A stretch of DNA of 32,000 nt, from positions 448,972 to 480,971 of the forward strand of contig NZ_JBEIAD010000001.1 of the NCBI RefSeq assembly GCF_040240325.1, read 5' to 3'. The stretch comes from Brenneria sp. L3-3Z. GTDB taxonomy: Bacteria; Pseudomonadota; Gammaproteobacteria; Enterobacterales; Enterobacteriaceae. Under the pieces are notes generated by a model. That model was given only the letters and a program-made list of their open reading frames with translations. It did no database searches and had not been told where the DNA came from. The position numbers and the translations under genes are program-made. Positions 19,884-29,086 of the stretch are shown here, in pieces. The stretch's first letter is position 1. The number at the start of each line of letters is the position of its first letter.

Positions 19884-20834
19884 TTACACGGCGTCGGTAT
19901 ACAGATGCAGCCGGGGGATCAGCAATCTCAGCGGTGTCGCCTGCGGTTTATGCTTATGTTTTATGTTGCCGGCATCGTAGTTATTCAATTCGCCGATAAC
20001 CGGAACGGCGCCTGCGGATTCTTGTCGGCACAAGACCAGCAGTGGGGAAGGACAGGGATGTTGCACCTGCTTTTGTTGTTCCGGATACCATACTCTGGCG
20101 ATCGGCTGGACTTTCACCGGTCGTTTTATCTTCAATACCGCCTGTTCGGGCAATCGCAATACTTGCTCTATCTCCTGTTCAACGAATTCCGCCCACTGTT
20201 GCTTGCTGTACGGCGCCGCGCTCTTGCCGGCTTTCCGGCTTTTCTCCAGTTTATTCAGCAGTTCGGCGCGGGTCATATTCTTGATGATGTGTTTATTGGC
20301 CCAGCCGAAACGTACGGACGCCGGGTTGACGACCAGCATTATCGAGCGGTAGGCGCTGAGCGTGATCAGCCCCGGCAGGTGATTGTGAACAAATTCAAAG
20401 CGCTGTTCGGGGGCAAGGCCGGATTCAACGGTGATAATGTGCTCCAGTTCTTTTTTCAGCGCATTGATTTCGGCGATAAGCCGTTGCGCCTGCTGATACT
20501 GATGCAGGTCGACGGAAAAGCACAGGGCGCCGGGGAGCCGAATGGCGGCTTTGCTGCTAATGGTTTCCGGATAGTGGTGGATAAACAGCCGCTGGAAATG
20601 CGCCAACCCTGATTCGCAGGCCGCCTGGCCGACATGCTGCTGAACCATGATGTGTTCTATCGCGTCGTGCTCGGCGCCTTTTTCAATATCAGGTAATGAA
20701 AAAACGCGCCCGGCCAGTAAGCGAAAGGAGGAAAACAAAGGCGGCATCTGCGCCAATTTTTCCTCCAGCGAAGCGAAGCAGCGGTTCATGCGGTCAATCA
20801 GCGAGTAGCGATCCATAGTTTTACCGTTCCCCAT
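19884..20834 (-). CDS. tus: DNA replication terminus site-binding protein Tus
   Basis: 316 aa, ...HLPGLITLSAYR...VRFGWANKHIIKNMTRAELL...KIKRPVKVQPIARVWY...QKQVQHPCPSPL...PRLHLY, collinear with E. coli Tus. Confidence 0.95.
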   Translation of the reverse strand: MGNGKTMDRYSLIDRMNRCFASLEEKLAQMPPLFSSFRLLAGRVFSLPDIEKGAEHDAIEHIMVQQHVGQAACESGLAHFQRLFIHHYPETISSKAAIRLPGALCFSVDLHQYQQAQRLIAEINALKKELEHIITVESGLAPEQRFEFVHNHLPGLITLSAYRSIMLVVNPASVRFGWANKHIIKNMTRAELLNKLEKSRKAGKSAAPYSKQQWAEFVEQEIEQVLRLPEQAVLKIKRPVKVQPIARVWYPEQQKQVQHPCPSPLLVLCRQESAGAVPVIGELNNYDAGNIKHKHKPQATPLRLLIPRLHLYTDAV

Positions 20835-20842
20835 TGTCGATG

Positions 20843-20865
20843 CCTTTAGTTACAACATACTAATG
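20843..20865 (-). other. Tus-binding replication terminator (Ter) site, TerB-equivalent, overlapping the tus promoter/leader
   Basis: The minus strand reads CATTAGTATGTTGTAACTAAAGG. The 18-nt core AGTATGTTGTAACTAAAG is identical to E. coli TerB (AATAAGTATGTTGTAACTAAAGT, recalled). It ends about 10 bp before the tus ATG. A TATATAA -10-like element lies just upstream at 20868-20875 on the plus-strand complement. Confidence 0.9.
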
Positions 20866-20939
20866 GTTATATAACTAATCCCCGGCATCAGCAACCGTGT
20901 TTTGGTCGCTGAGCAGGGATTTATGGCGAATCGGCGAGG

Positions 20940-22214
20940 TTAGGGCAGTTGTTTCAGACGGAAGCTGACCAGTAGCGCGATGATCAGTAAGGCGGCCAAA
21001 AATAGGGTGATGCCCGCCCAGCCATACGAGTACCAGAACATGCCGCCGACCGTGCCGGCCAGACTGGAGCCAAAATAGTAGGAAAAGAGATACATGGAGG
21101 ACGCCTGGCCTTTAGCCCGACGAGCGCGCTGTCCAATCCAACCGCTGGCGACCGCGTGCGAGGCGAAGAAGCCCGCGGCAAACAACATCATGCCCAGTAA
21201 AACGCACAGCATGGGACTTAGTGCGGTAATAAGAAGACCCAGCAGCATGATACTGATGGAGATCATCAATACCGGACCGCGTCCATAGCGAGCGGTTAAT
21301 GCGCCTGCTTTCGGCGAGCTATAGCTGCCGGTCAGATAAACCACTGACAGCAGGCCGACGATCGCCTGATTGAGCAGATAGGGTGAAGCCAATAACCGGT
21401 AACCGATGTAGTTGAAGAGGGTGACGAACGACCCCATCAGCAAAAAGCCTTCTAAAAACAACAGCGGCAGTCCGGCATCGTGCCAGTGCAGTTTCGCATT
21501 CAGCAATAACGCCTTGGGGCGCAAAGAACCGGCCCGGAAATGGCGCGATTCCGGCAGAATCTTCCAGAAGACCAGCGCCGAAATTAACGCCAGAACGCCG
21601 ATGGCGCCGACGGAGACCCGCCAGGGAAAATAGTCGCTCAATACGCCGCTGACCAGTCGCCCGCTCATGCCGCCAATCGAGTTGCCGCTGATATACAGCC
21701 CCATGGAAAAGGCCAGCACGCTAGGGTGGATCTCTTCGCTCAAGTAACTCATGGCGACGGCCGCCACGCCGCTGAGCGATAGACCAATCATGGCGCGCAT
21801 GATCAGCACGCCGTGCCAACTGGTCATAAAGGCGCAAATTAACGTACAAATGGATGCCAGCAGCAGCGACACGACCATCACGTTTTTTCGTCCGACGGTA
21901 TCGGACAGCGGGCCGGTAAACAGCAGGCCGAAGGCCATGGTCGCCGTCGCCACCGAAAGCGACAGGCTGCTGGCGGCCGGAGAAATGGAAAACGCGTCAG
22001 AAAGCACCGGCAGCAGCGGCTGCACGCAGTAAAGCAAAGCAAAGGTGGCCAATCCGGCCGAAAACAGGGCCAGGGTGACGCGCATAAACTGCGGCGTGCC
22101 GCGTTTGATATAAGGTGTTTTTCCGTTAGCGGTAGGTTTTGGCGACTGGGGTTCTACATCATCAAGGATCGAGACAGACATATTGCCTGATGCTGTTGTC
22201 GAGGGGGTACTCAA
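20940..22214 (-). CDS. ynfM: MFS transporter YnfM
   Basis: ...IKRGTPQFMRVTLALFSAGLATFALLYCVQPLLPVLS...MRAMIGLSLSGVAAVAMSYLSEEIHPS..., collinear with E. coli YnfM. The track start at 22214 is a TTG. An ATG at 22181 (MSVSILDD) is an alternative, so the start is uncertain. Confidence 0.9.
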   Translation of the reverse strand: MSTPSTTASGNMSVSILDDVEPQSPKPTANGKTPYIKRGTPQFMRVTLALFSAGLATFALLYCVQPLLPVLSDAFSISPAASSLSLSVATATMAFGLLFTGPLSDTVGRKNVMVVSLLLASICTLICAFMTSWHGVLIMRAMIGLSLSGVAAVAMSYLSEEIHPSVLAFSMGLYISGNSIGGMSGRLVSGVLSDYFPWRVSVGAIGVLALISALVFWKILPESRHFRAGSLRPKALLLNAKLHWHDAGLPLLFLEGFLLMGSFVTLFNYIGYRLLASPYLLNQAIVGLLSVVYLTGSYSSPKAGALTARYGRGPVLMISISIMLLGLLITALSPMLCVLLGMMLFAAGFFASHAVASGWIGQRARRAKGQASSMYLFSYYFGSSLAGTVGGMFWYSYGWAGITLFLAALLIIALLVSFRLKQLP

Positions 22215-22282
22215 AATAATTCCAGGTTAAGAAGGGAAAAGATGGCGCGATCATAGAAGAGCAATATTCTTTTGTATAATAT

Positions 22283-22301
22283 ATTAATCATCATAATTAA
22301 T
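22283..22301. promoter_or_regulatory. AT-rich dyad in the ynfM/ynfL divergent region (candidate LysR-type regulator box)
   Basis: ATTAAT catcata ATTAAT, a perfect dyad containing a T-N11-A arrangement. It ends 11 bp before the ynfL ATG. Confidence 0.35.
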
Positions 22302-22312
22302 ACTTATAAAAT

Positions 22313-23206
22313 ATGAATATTGAATTACGTCATCTTCGCTATTTTATTGCCGTCGCCGAAGAGCTGCATTTTGGCCGCGCGGCGGAAAAACTGCTTATTT
22401 CTCAACCGCCTCTCAGCCAACAAATACAAATTTTGGAGGAGCAGGTCGGCGCAAAGTTATTGGAGCGCAATAACCGGAATGTCCGCCTGACGCCGGCGGG
22501 CGAAATGTTTTTAAAAGAAGCCTGGTCAATCATTGCGCAGGTTAATCAGGCGGCGGAGCGGGCCGCGCGCATTCAGCGCGGGGAAATCGGCGAACTGACC
22601 ATCGGTTTTACTTCATCCGCGCCTTTTATTAAAAAGGTTTCTCGCAGTTTACTTCGTTTTCGCCAGTCTTTTCCGCAAGTGCATATCCAGATGATTGAGC
22701 TGAATACCAAACAGCAAATCGAGCCATTGCTGAACGGTAAACTCGATATTGGGGTGATGCGCAATAATCCGTTGCCGGATGCGCTTGACCATCAGCTCTT
22801 GCTGCACGAAGCGCTGGTTGCGGTGGTGCATGAGGAGCACCCGCTGGCCAGGCAGGCCAAAGGGCCGATCAGCATCCGTCAGTTGGAGAATGAACCTTTT
22901 GTGTTTTTCTCGCGCGAGGTCGGTACGGCTTTGTATGATGAAACCCTGACGTTGCTGAAAAAATACGGCATCACGCCCTACATTACTCAGGAAGTCGGCG
23001 AGGCGATGACGATAGTCGGTCTGGTGTCATCCGGGCTGGGCGTATCCATTCTTCCCGCTTCGTTTATGCGCATCAAAGTCGATGGCGTGAAATATTTACA
23101 ATTAGCGGAAAGCGATGCGATTACGGAAGTCTGGCTGGTTACGGCAAAACACCGGGCGTTAAAAACGGCGGCGGAGACGCTGATCTCGCTGATGCTTAAT
23201 CGATAA
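22313..23206 (+). CDS. ynfL: LysR-family transcriptional regulator YnfL
   Basis: MNIELRHLRYFIAVAEELHFGRAAEKLLISQPPLSQQIQ (LysR wHTH) plus ...ITQEVGEAMTIVGLVSSGLGVSILPASF. Collinear with E. coli YnfL and divergent from ynfM. Confidence 0.92.
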   Translation: MNIELRHLRYFIAVAEELHFGRAAEKLLISQPPLSQQIQILEEQVGAKLLERNNRNVRLTPAGEMFLKEAWSIIAQVNQAAERAARIQRGEIGELTIGFTSSAPFIKKVSRSLLRFRQSFPQVHIQMIELNTKQQIEPLLNGKLDIGVMRNNPLPDALDHQLLLHEALVAVVHEEHPLARQAKGPISIRQLENEPFVFFSREVGTALYDETLTLLKKYGITPYITQEVGEAMTIVGLVSSGLGVSILPASFMRIKVDGVKYLQLAESDAITEVWLVTAKHRALKTAAETLISLMLNR

Positions 23207-23291
23207 TATTTTCAATATGTGCGTTAAATCACATAACGAATCAAATATTTGACGGCTTTGGCGAAAAGCCCCAACATAACCGCAGTTTTTT

Positions 23292-23312
23292 TATTTTGCA
23301 GCGTGAAAAATA
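23292..23312. promoter_or_regulatory. Candidate Mlc/NagC-type operator upstream of mlc
   Basis: TATTTTGCA gcg TGAAAAATA, 9-bp arms with one mismatch, AT-rich arms and a central CG, as in Mlc/NagC operators. About 115 bp upstream of the mlc start. E. coli mlc is autoregulated. Confidence 0.4.
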
Positions 23313-23426
23313 GATTATACATACCTGATAGATTTCGAGTTGTCGCTCCAGGCTGTAACTTGAAGGATAGCGGGTATAACCGGTCCCCATCAGCAGTGTC
23401 AGCGATGAAAAGTAGGAGCCAGTTTT

Positions 23427-24644
23427 GTGATTGCCGACGGTCAGCCAGGACATATCGATCAGATTAAACAAACGAATGCCGGTGCGGTGTACAGACTGAT
23501 CGATAATTATGGCCCGATATCACGTATTGAACTGTCTAAACGCGCCCAGTTGGCGCCAGCCAGCATCACCAAAATAGTGCGCGAACTGCTGGAGGCGCAT
23601 CTGGTGCAGGAAACGGAATTCCAGGATATCGGCAGTCGGGGACGTCCGGCCATCGGGCTGGTTCTGGATACTCAGGCTTGGCATTACCTTTCCGCGCGCA
23701 TCAGTCACAATACGATTACGCTGGCGCTGCGCGATCTGAGCAGTCAGCTGGTTGTCGAGGACAGCCTGCCGCTTCCCGCAGAACATCCGCAGCCGCTGTT
23801 GCAACGTATTTTGCAGGAGATCGATCGGTTTTTTATTCGCTACCAAAATCGTCTGGAACGCCTTACCGCCATTGCGATTACCGCGCCCGGCATGATCGAC
23901 GCCGCCACCGGCATTATTCATCGCATGCCGTTTTATGACGTCGAGGAGATGGCGATCGGGCCGGCGCTGGAACAGCGCACCGGTTTACCCGTTTTCGTCC
24001 AACATGATATCTGCGCCTGGACGATGGCGGAGGCGCTCTATGGCGCTTCTCGCGGTTGCCAGAATGTCATTCAGATTGTGATTGACCATAATGTCGGCGC
24101 GGGCGTCATTACCGGCGGACGGATTTTGCATGCGGGCAGCCGTAACCTGGTCGAAATAGGGCATACGCAGGTCGACCCTTATGGCAAGCGCTGTTATTGC
24201 GGTAATCATGGTTGCCTTGAAACGGTCGCCAGTACGGAAAGCATGTTAGATCTGGCGCAGCAGCGGCTGAGCGTGTCGATGAGTTCGGCGCTGCATGGGA
24301 CGCCATTGACGGTCGACAGCCTTTGCGAAGCGGCATTGAAAGGCGATCAGTTGGCTAAAGATATTATTAATGATGTGGGTAATAACGTCGGCCGAATTGT
24401 CGCCATTATGGTTAATTTATTTAATCCCGATAAAATTCTGGTCGGTTCGCCGCTAAATAAAGCCGCGGATATTTTATATCCGGCTATTATGGGATGCATT
24501 CATCAGCAATCTTTCCCGCCATACAGCCACAACATTAAGGTAGAAGCGACGCAGTTTTATAATCAAGGCACCATGCCCGGCGCGGCGCTGGTTAAAGACG
24601 CCTTGTATAACGGCTCGCTACTGGTGAAATTGTTGCAGGGTTAA
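23427..24644 (+). CDS. mlc: ROK-family global sugar-metabolism repressor Mlc (DgsA)
   Basis: GTG start with AGGAG 9 nt upstream. (M)IADGQPGHIDQIKQTNAGAVYRLID...VIDHNVGAGVI...HTQVDPYGKRCYCGNHGCLETVAS (ROK zinc motif), collinear with E. coli Mlc. Confidence 0.95.
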   Translation: MIADGQPGHIDQIKQTNAGAVYRLIDNYGPISRIELSKRAQLAPASITKIVRELLEAHLVQETEFQDIGSRGRPAIGLVLDTQAWHYLSARISHNTITLALRDLSSQLVVEDSLPLPAEHPQPLLQRILQEIDRFFIRYQNRLERLTAIAITAPGMIDAATGIIHRMPFYDVEEMAIGPALEQRTGLPVFVQHDICAWTMAEALYGASRGCQNVIQIVIDHNVGAGVITGGRILHAGSRNLVEIGHTQVDPYGKRCYCGNHGCLETVASTESMLDLAQQRLSVSMSSALHGTPLTVDSLCEAALKGDQLAKDIINDVGNNVGRIVAIMVNLFNPDKILVGSPLNKAADILYPAIMGCIHQQSFPPYSHNIKVEATQFYNQGTMPGAALVKDALYNGSLLVKLLQG

Positions 24645-24809
24645 TTTTTCAATCTCTTTTGATATTGGCATTTTCCCGTCCGCCGGCGCAGAGCAACAAA
24701 ACATTGAGCTAACGCAAGCTGCCTGAAGGGCGTATCGCCTAGACTTTCGCTATTGGATAGCATTTTTTGTAGTGCTTGTTATTTTTCAGGTTCCCTCCGG
24801 AGTTTTCTC

Positions 24810-25475
24810 ATGTTGAAACGCGTTTTTGTCACAGGAACTGATACGGCGGTTGGTAAAACTGTGGTATCCAAAGCGTTATTGCAAAAGTTGGCAATGACGG
24901 GAAAATCAGTGGCGGGCTATAAACCAATAGCAAAAGGGTGTGTGGAAACGGAAGAGGGATTACATCATAAAGATGCGCAGCTTTTACAGGCGGCGTCGTC
25001 TATCGAACTTCCTTACGAGATGATCAATCCCATCGCATTGCGCGAGGTCGAAATCAGCGCCAGCGAACAGGCGATTAATTACAGCGCCATGACTCAGGGA
25101 TTGCAGCATTTAAGCGAGCTTGCCGACGTCGTGGTCGTGGAAGGCAGCGGCGGTTGGCGCACGCTGCTCAACGATCTGCGCCCTTATTCTGAATGGGTGG
25201 TTCAGGAACAACTGCCGGTCGTTTTAGTGGTGGGGATTAAATTGGGTTGCATCAGTCATGCGTTATTAACGGCGCAAGCCATTATTAATGATGGTTTGCC
25301 GCTGGCCGGCTGGGTGGCGAATAGAATTAATCCAGGGTTAGCGAATTACGCGGATATCATTACCGTATTGCGTAAAAAAATTCCCGCGCCACAATTAGGG
25401 GAATTGCCTTATTTACCGCGTGCCGAACAGCGTGACTTATCTTCTTATATCGATCTTTCAGGATTAACTTATTAG
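24810..25475 (+). CDS. ynfK: Dethiobiotin synthetase paralogue (BioD2 / YnfK)
   Basis: MLKRVFVTGTDTAVGKTVVSKALLQ (P-loop) ...VVVEGSGGWRTLLNDLRPYSEWVVQEQLPVVLVVG...GWVANRINPGLA...GELPYLPRAEQ, matching E. coli YnfK. The track ORF from 24753 adds 19 non-conserved residues. Confidence 0.92.
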   Translation: MLKRVFVTGTDTAVGKTVVSKALLQKLAMTGKSVAGYKPIAKGCVETEEGLHHKDAQLLQAASSIELPYEMINPIALREVEISASEQAINYSAMTQGLQHLSELADVVVVEGSGGWRTLLNDLRPYSEWVVQEQLPVVLVVGIKLGCISHALLTAQAIINDGLPLAGWVANRINPGLANYADIITVLRKKIPAPQLGELPYLPRAEQRDLSSYIDLSGLTY

Positions 25476-25623
25476 TTCCGCACACTGTCCGCCGAATGAT
25501 TTCAAGGTGTAGTCAGCATCGCTGCACCTTATATTTCCGATATTGCGCCCATCGCTCTCCTTTTTAAATTTCCCTGTCCTATTTTTTCTGACCTTAAGCA
25601 GAGGGTCGCCGACGGGCAACAAC

Positions 25624-25632
25624 TGGTATACT
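25624..25632 (+). promoter_or_regulatory. Extended -10 promoter element candidate for the MFS gene
   Basis: TGGTATACT (TGn + TATACT), 37 bp upstream of the ATG at 25669. No good -35 was seen. Confidence 0.3.
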
Positions 25633-25668
25633 CAACAACAGAGTTTATCCGCCAGGCAAAAAAGTTTA

Positions 25669-27132
25669 ATGAAAACAGTCGATAATTCTGATCACTCTCC
25701 TGTAAAGCATCGCCACTGGGTTTTAATCGCCTGTATGTTGGCCATGTTTACGGCGGCAATTGAAGTTACCATTGTCGCCACCGCGCTACCGACGATTATC
25801 GCGGATTTAGGCGGTTTCTCACTCCTGGGATGGGTTTTTGCCGGTTATTTGCTGACGCAGGCCATCAGTATTCCTATTTATGGTCGGCTGGCCGACTTAT
25901 TCGGCCGCAAGCGCATTTTCTTTATCGGCATGGTTATTTTTCTGCTGGGCTCGGTGCTGTGCGGCTTTTCCAACCATATGGGATGGTTAATTCTGTTTCG
26001 CACCATACAGGGCTTGGGCGCCGGCGCCATCACGCCCATCGCCTTTACCATCGTCGCCGATGTGTATAGCAAGAGGGAGCGCCCTAAAATTCAAGGGTAT
26101 CTATCCAGCGTATGGGGGATCTCGGCGATCGTCGGCCCGCTGATGGGGGCATTTATCGTTGAGCATTTCACCTGGGCCCTGGTGTTTTGGGTTAACGTGC
26201 CGATTGGATTTTTGTCGATGTTTTTATTAGCCCGTTACTTGCCGACGATTAGCCAGGTACGGCAGCATCAGTTGGACTGGATTGGCGCATTCTACCTTGC
26301 CATTACCGTCGCCAGCCTGTTGATGGCGTTATTGCAGGCTGAAATCCTGGGAGTATGGGTCATCCCGTTACTGGCGGTTGCCGCGGTCGGCGGCATTTTA
26401 TTATTCAGACAGGAAACCAGAACGCCGGAACCGCTTTTCCCGTTGGCCTTGTGGCGTAACCGGGTGATTGTCGCCGGAAATCTGGGCGGGCTGTTGATTG
26501 GCGCAACCATGATGGGCGTCAGCGCTTTTCTGCCGACCTTTATTCAAAGCGTGATGGGCCGTTCGCCGCTGGAGGCGGGGAGTATTCTGGCGCTGATGTC
26601 GATTGGCTGGCCTTTGGCCAGTACGCTGGGTGGCAGATTAATGCTCTGGACATCCTATCGGTTTACCGCCGTCTGCGGGGGATTGCTGCTGATAGCCGGC
26701 AGTCTGATGCTGTTAACGCTCGCGCCGGATAAATCGCTGAACTGGGCTCGCGTCGCCGCATTTACTATCGGCGCCGGTATGGGGCTGAGCAACACCACCT
26801 TTTTGGTCTCGATACAAAACGCGGTGGACTATTCCATCCGCGGCATCGCAACCGCGTCAACCATGTTTACCCGCATGCTGGGTTCGGCGCTGGGAACGGC
26901 CATTCTCGGGGCGACGCTGAATATCAACCTGCATTTTCGTTTGCCGGAGATGGCCGATCCACTGCAAACGCTGATGGATGTCCATAGCCGCGGCATGATG
27001 AGCGCGACGCAGTTGGAATCTATCGCCTGGCAGGTTTCATTCTCAATACATTGGGTTTTTATTGTTTCCGCGCTGATCGCGGTCGTGACGCTGTTTGCCG
27101 CCTGGATGATCCCCGCCAATCACCGCGTTTAA
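25669..27132 (+). CDS. MFS drug/metabolite:H+ antiporter, DHA2-like (about 14 TMS)
   Basis: MKTVDNSDHSPVKHRHWVLIACMLAMFTAAIEVTIVATALPTII...YGRLADLFGRKRIFFIGMVIFLLGSVLCG...RTIQGLGAGAITP (MFS motifs A/C). The ATG at 25669 is preferred, because the 5' extension of the track ORF is non-membrane junk. Confidence 0.85.
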   Translation: MKTVDNSDHSPVKHRHWVLIACMLAMFTAAIEVTIVATALPTIIADLGGFSLLGWVFAGYLLTQAISIPIYGRLADLFGRKRIFFIGMVIFLLGSVLCGFSNHMGWLILFRTIQGLGAGAITPIAFTIVADVYSKRERPKIQGYLSSVWGISAIVGPLMGAFIVEHFTWALVFWVNVPIGFLSMFLLARYLPTISQVRQHQLDWIGAFYLAITVASLLMALLQAEILGVWVIPLLAVAAVGGILLFRQETRTPEPLFPLALWRNRVIVAGNLGGLLIGATMMGVSAFLPTFIQSVMGRSPLEAGSILALMSIGWPLASTLGGRLMLWTSYRFTAVCGGLLLIAGSLMLLTLAPDKSLNWARVAAFTIGAGMGLSNTTFLVSIQNAVDYSIRGIATASTMFTRMLGSALGTAILGATLNINLHFRLPEMADPLQTLMDVHSRGMMSATQLESIAWQVSFSIHWVFIVSALIAVVTLFAAWMIPANHRV

Positions 27133-27161
27133 TCAGCGTGCGTGCTTGAGACGGGAACGGA

Positions 27162-27203
27162 TTTTCGTTTCAGAGAGAAGAAAAACGCGCTCTGAAACGA
27201 AAA
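27162..27203. terminator. Long AT-flanked hairpin between convergent MFS gene and ynfD-like gene (possible bidirectional terminator)
   Basis: TTTTCGTTTCAGAG (27162-27175) / CTCTGAAACGAAAA (27190-27203), a 14-bp perfect inverted repeat with a 14-nt loop. A/T runs form the outer stem on both strands. Confidence 0.45.
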
Positions 27204-27222
27204 CAGAAAAAACACGAAGGGG

Positions 27223-27522
27223 TTATTCGGTGGTCGCCGGCTGACTCTCATCCGGGGAAGTGGCGCTGTCTGCACTTGTTTCGCCATCAGCGTGGCGGAT
27301 ATAAATGATTTTTTGCGAGTCGTTTTCACAATGACCCACCACCTGACCGCCAGCCTGATTGACCTGATCGTTAGGCACGATATCAAGCGTAAAACCCGAT
27401 TCAGGCACGCCGTTGTTGATGATTTTCTGTGCGATATCCGCTTTTACGCTCTCGCAAGACGCTTGCGCGGCCAGCGGCGCAATGACCAACATCGCCGCGC
27501 CAAATACCATTGCTTTTTTCAT
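27223..27522 (-). CDS. ynfD: DUF1161-family small periplasmic protein (YnfD-like)
   Basis: 99 aa. Signal peptide MKKAMVFGAAMLVIAPLAAQA|SCESVKADIAQKI... with two Cys, and an acidic Ser/Thr/Pro-rich tail. The family and symbol assignment come from recalled YnfD/DUF1161 features and synteny with ynfB. Confidence 0.65.
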   Translation of the reverse strand: MKKAMVFGAAMLVIAPLAAQASCESVKADIAQKIINNGVPESGFTLDIVPNDQVNQAGGQVVGHCENDSQKIIYIRHADGETSADSATSPDESQPATTE

Positions 27523-27609
27523 TTTATCACCCTTTTAGCTGTATAAATTTCTGCCCATTGTTATACCGTGCGGGCAGATGAAAGTTACATTAAAAGCGTA
27601 GACTAAAAA

Positions 27610-27954
27610 TCAGGGCGTAACCGGGCGACCTGTCCGACGATCAAGACAACGTGAGGTATTGGCTTCCCAATAGGCATTGACGTTATAGCTGGCGTTACAC
27701 TTCTCTTCACCATCTATCGACTTTTCAGCCTTATCGAACTCTTTCTCGACGCGTGAGTTGACTTTATTGCGCAAGGTACGGGTTGAATTCCACTGTTCGC
27801 TGCTCTGCCGAGCGGCTTCCTTGGATAAGGTATTATCTGACTCAATAACGATATGACGGGTATCGGCTTGAGCGGGTTGCCAGGCGGCGGAAACCATTAT
27901 CAGGGATAGTGGGATCAAGGCCCGAATCAAAGCGGTAAAGGAATATGGGTTCAT
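27610..27954 (-). CDS. ynfB: UPF0482/DUF1283 secreted protein YnfB
   Basis: 114 aa. Signal peptide, then ...[81 protein letters not shown]. The C-terminal half is nearly identical in pattern to E. coli YnfB. Confidence 0.88.
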   Translation of the reverse strand: MNPYSFTALIRALIPLSLIMVSAAWQPAQADTRHIVIESDNTLSKEAARQSSEQWNSTRTLRNKVNSRVEKEFDKAEKSIDGEEKCNASYNVNAYWEANTSRCLDRRTGRPVTP

Positions 27955-28238
27955 GTTTCACCTTGAAAAATAGGATATACCCGACATCATTCTGGTTACG
28001 GATGCGCACCTGGAGAGCCATTGGGTATCAGTGCAAAAACCTTATTACTATGGCAAATTCTGCCGGTAAAGACAAAAGGAACCCTTCGCGGCAATCCCAT
28101 GGCCGCATGAGAAAGGTTCGGGAAGAACAGCCTGTGCGATGGAGTGTATCACTCTTCTCATCAACGGCTCTATAACCGCTGATGCAAGCGGTGAGAAGGA
28201 AGGGGCGGCGCGAAAAACGGCCTCGCGCCATACCGGTT

Positions 28239-28988
28239 TCAATTTTCGCGATAAACATTCAGCCCGGCAAAAGACTGGCTGACCGGCATCATTTCCAACG
28301 AGTTGATGTTGACGTGACCTGGCAACGTCGCTACCCAGAATACGGATTCGGCGACATCCTCAGCCGTAAGCGGATGGGTATTGTCGTAGGTCTTATTCAC
28401 CTTGTCTTCGTTGCCTTTAAAGCGTATGGCGGAAAATTCCGTTCCGCCGACCAGACCCGGTTCGATATTGGTGACCCGAACCTGAGTGCCGAACAAATCG
28501 GCCCGCAGACCAAGACTGAATTGCCGGACAAACGCTTTCGTCGCGCCATAGACATTGCCGCCGGCGTAAGGCCAGTTTCCGGCGGTGGAGCCGATGTTGA
28601 TGATATGTCCGGTATTACGTTTGACCATCTCCGGCAACAGCGCGCGGGTCGTAAAAACCAGCCCTTTGTTATTGGTGTCGATCATCACATCCCAGTCGTT
28701 CACATTGGCTTTGTCCGCTGATTCCAGCCCTAAGGCCAAACCGGCATTATTCACCAGAACATCGATATCACGCCATTCGGCGGGAAGCGAGGTGAGGGCC
28801 TGATCGATAGACTTCTGTTCGCGCACGTCCAGTCGTAAGGTATGCAGCGATTCGCCCAATTCTTCTTTCAGCGCGTCCAGACGTTCCTGACGACGGCCGG
28901 TTGCGATAACTTTATGGCCCTCTTTGATGAATCTGCGCGTGATGGCTTCACCAAATCCAGCCGTTGCCCCGGTAACAAAAATAATCAT
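28239..28988 (-). CDS. ydfG: NADP-dependent 3-hydroxy acid (L-allo-threonine/serine) dehydrogenase, SDR family
   Basis: MIIFVTGATAGFGEAITRRFIKEGHKVIATGRRQERL...NNAGLALG...YGATKAFVRQFSLGLRADL, collinear with E. coli YdfG. Confidence 0.93.
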   Translation of the reverse strand: MIIFVTGATAGFGEAITRRFIKEGHKVIATGRRQERLDALKEELGESLHTLRLDVREQKSIDQALTSLPAEWRDIDVLVNNAGLALGLESADKANVNDWDVMIDTNNKGLVFTTRALLPEMVKRNTGHIINIGSTAGNWPYAGGNVYGATKAFVRQFSLGLRADLFGTQVRVTNIEPGLVGGTEFSAIRFKGNEDKVNKTYDNTHPLTAEDVAESVFWVATLPGHVNINSLEMMPVSQSFAGLNVYREN

Positions 28989-29086
28989 GCTGTAGTTTCC
29001 TTTGCGTGCGTTTCAATCGTCAACTAAGTGAGTGAGGCGACAAATCAGCGTTGCCAAATGGAAGGCGGCTGCTTGTGCTTAATGTG

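Noticed and set aside
28154-28227. Structured region downstream of ydfG: stem CTTCTCA/TGAGAAG enclosing CCGCT-gatgca-AGCGG, an alternative ATCAACGG/CCGCTGAT pairing, then GGCGCGA-N9-TCGCGCC. Considered as a riboswitch, attenuator or sRNA.
   Set aside because: There is no U-tract, no recognisable riboswitch core and no leader peptide. The region must in any case contain the ydfG 3' end and the ynfB promoter. I cannot distinguish this from ordinary terminator or UTR structure by eye.
16336-28721. Further antisense ORFs: 16336-16857+ (in ydgA), 17054-17851+ (in manA), 19782-20612+ (in tus), 23520-23921- (in mlc), 28182-28721+ (in ydfG), 29852-30145+ (in the synthase gene).
   Set aside because: The same reasoning applies. 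They are embedded in well-supported genes, with no RBS or start context and no family resemblance.
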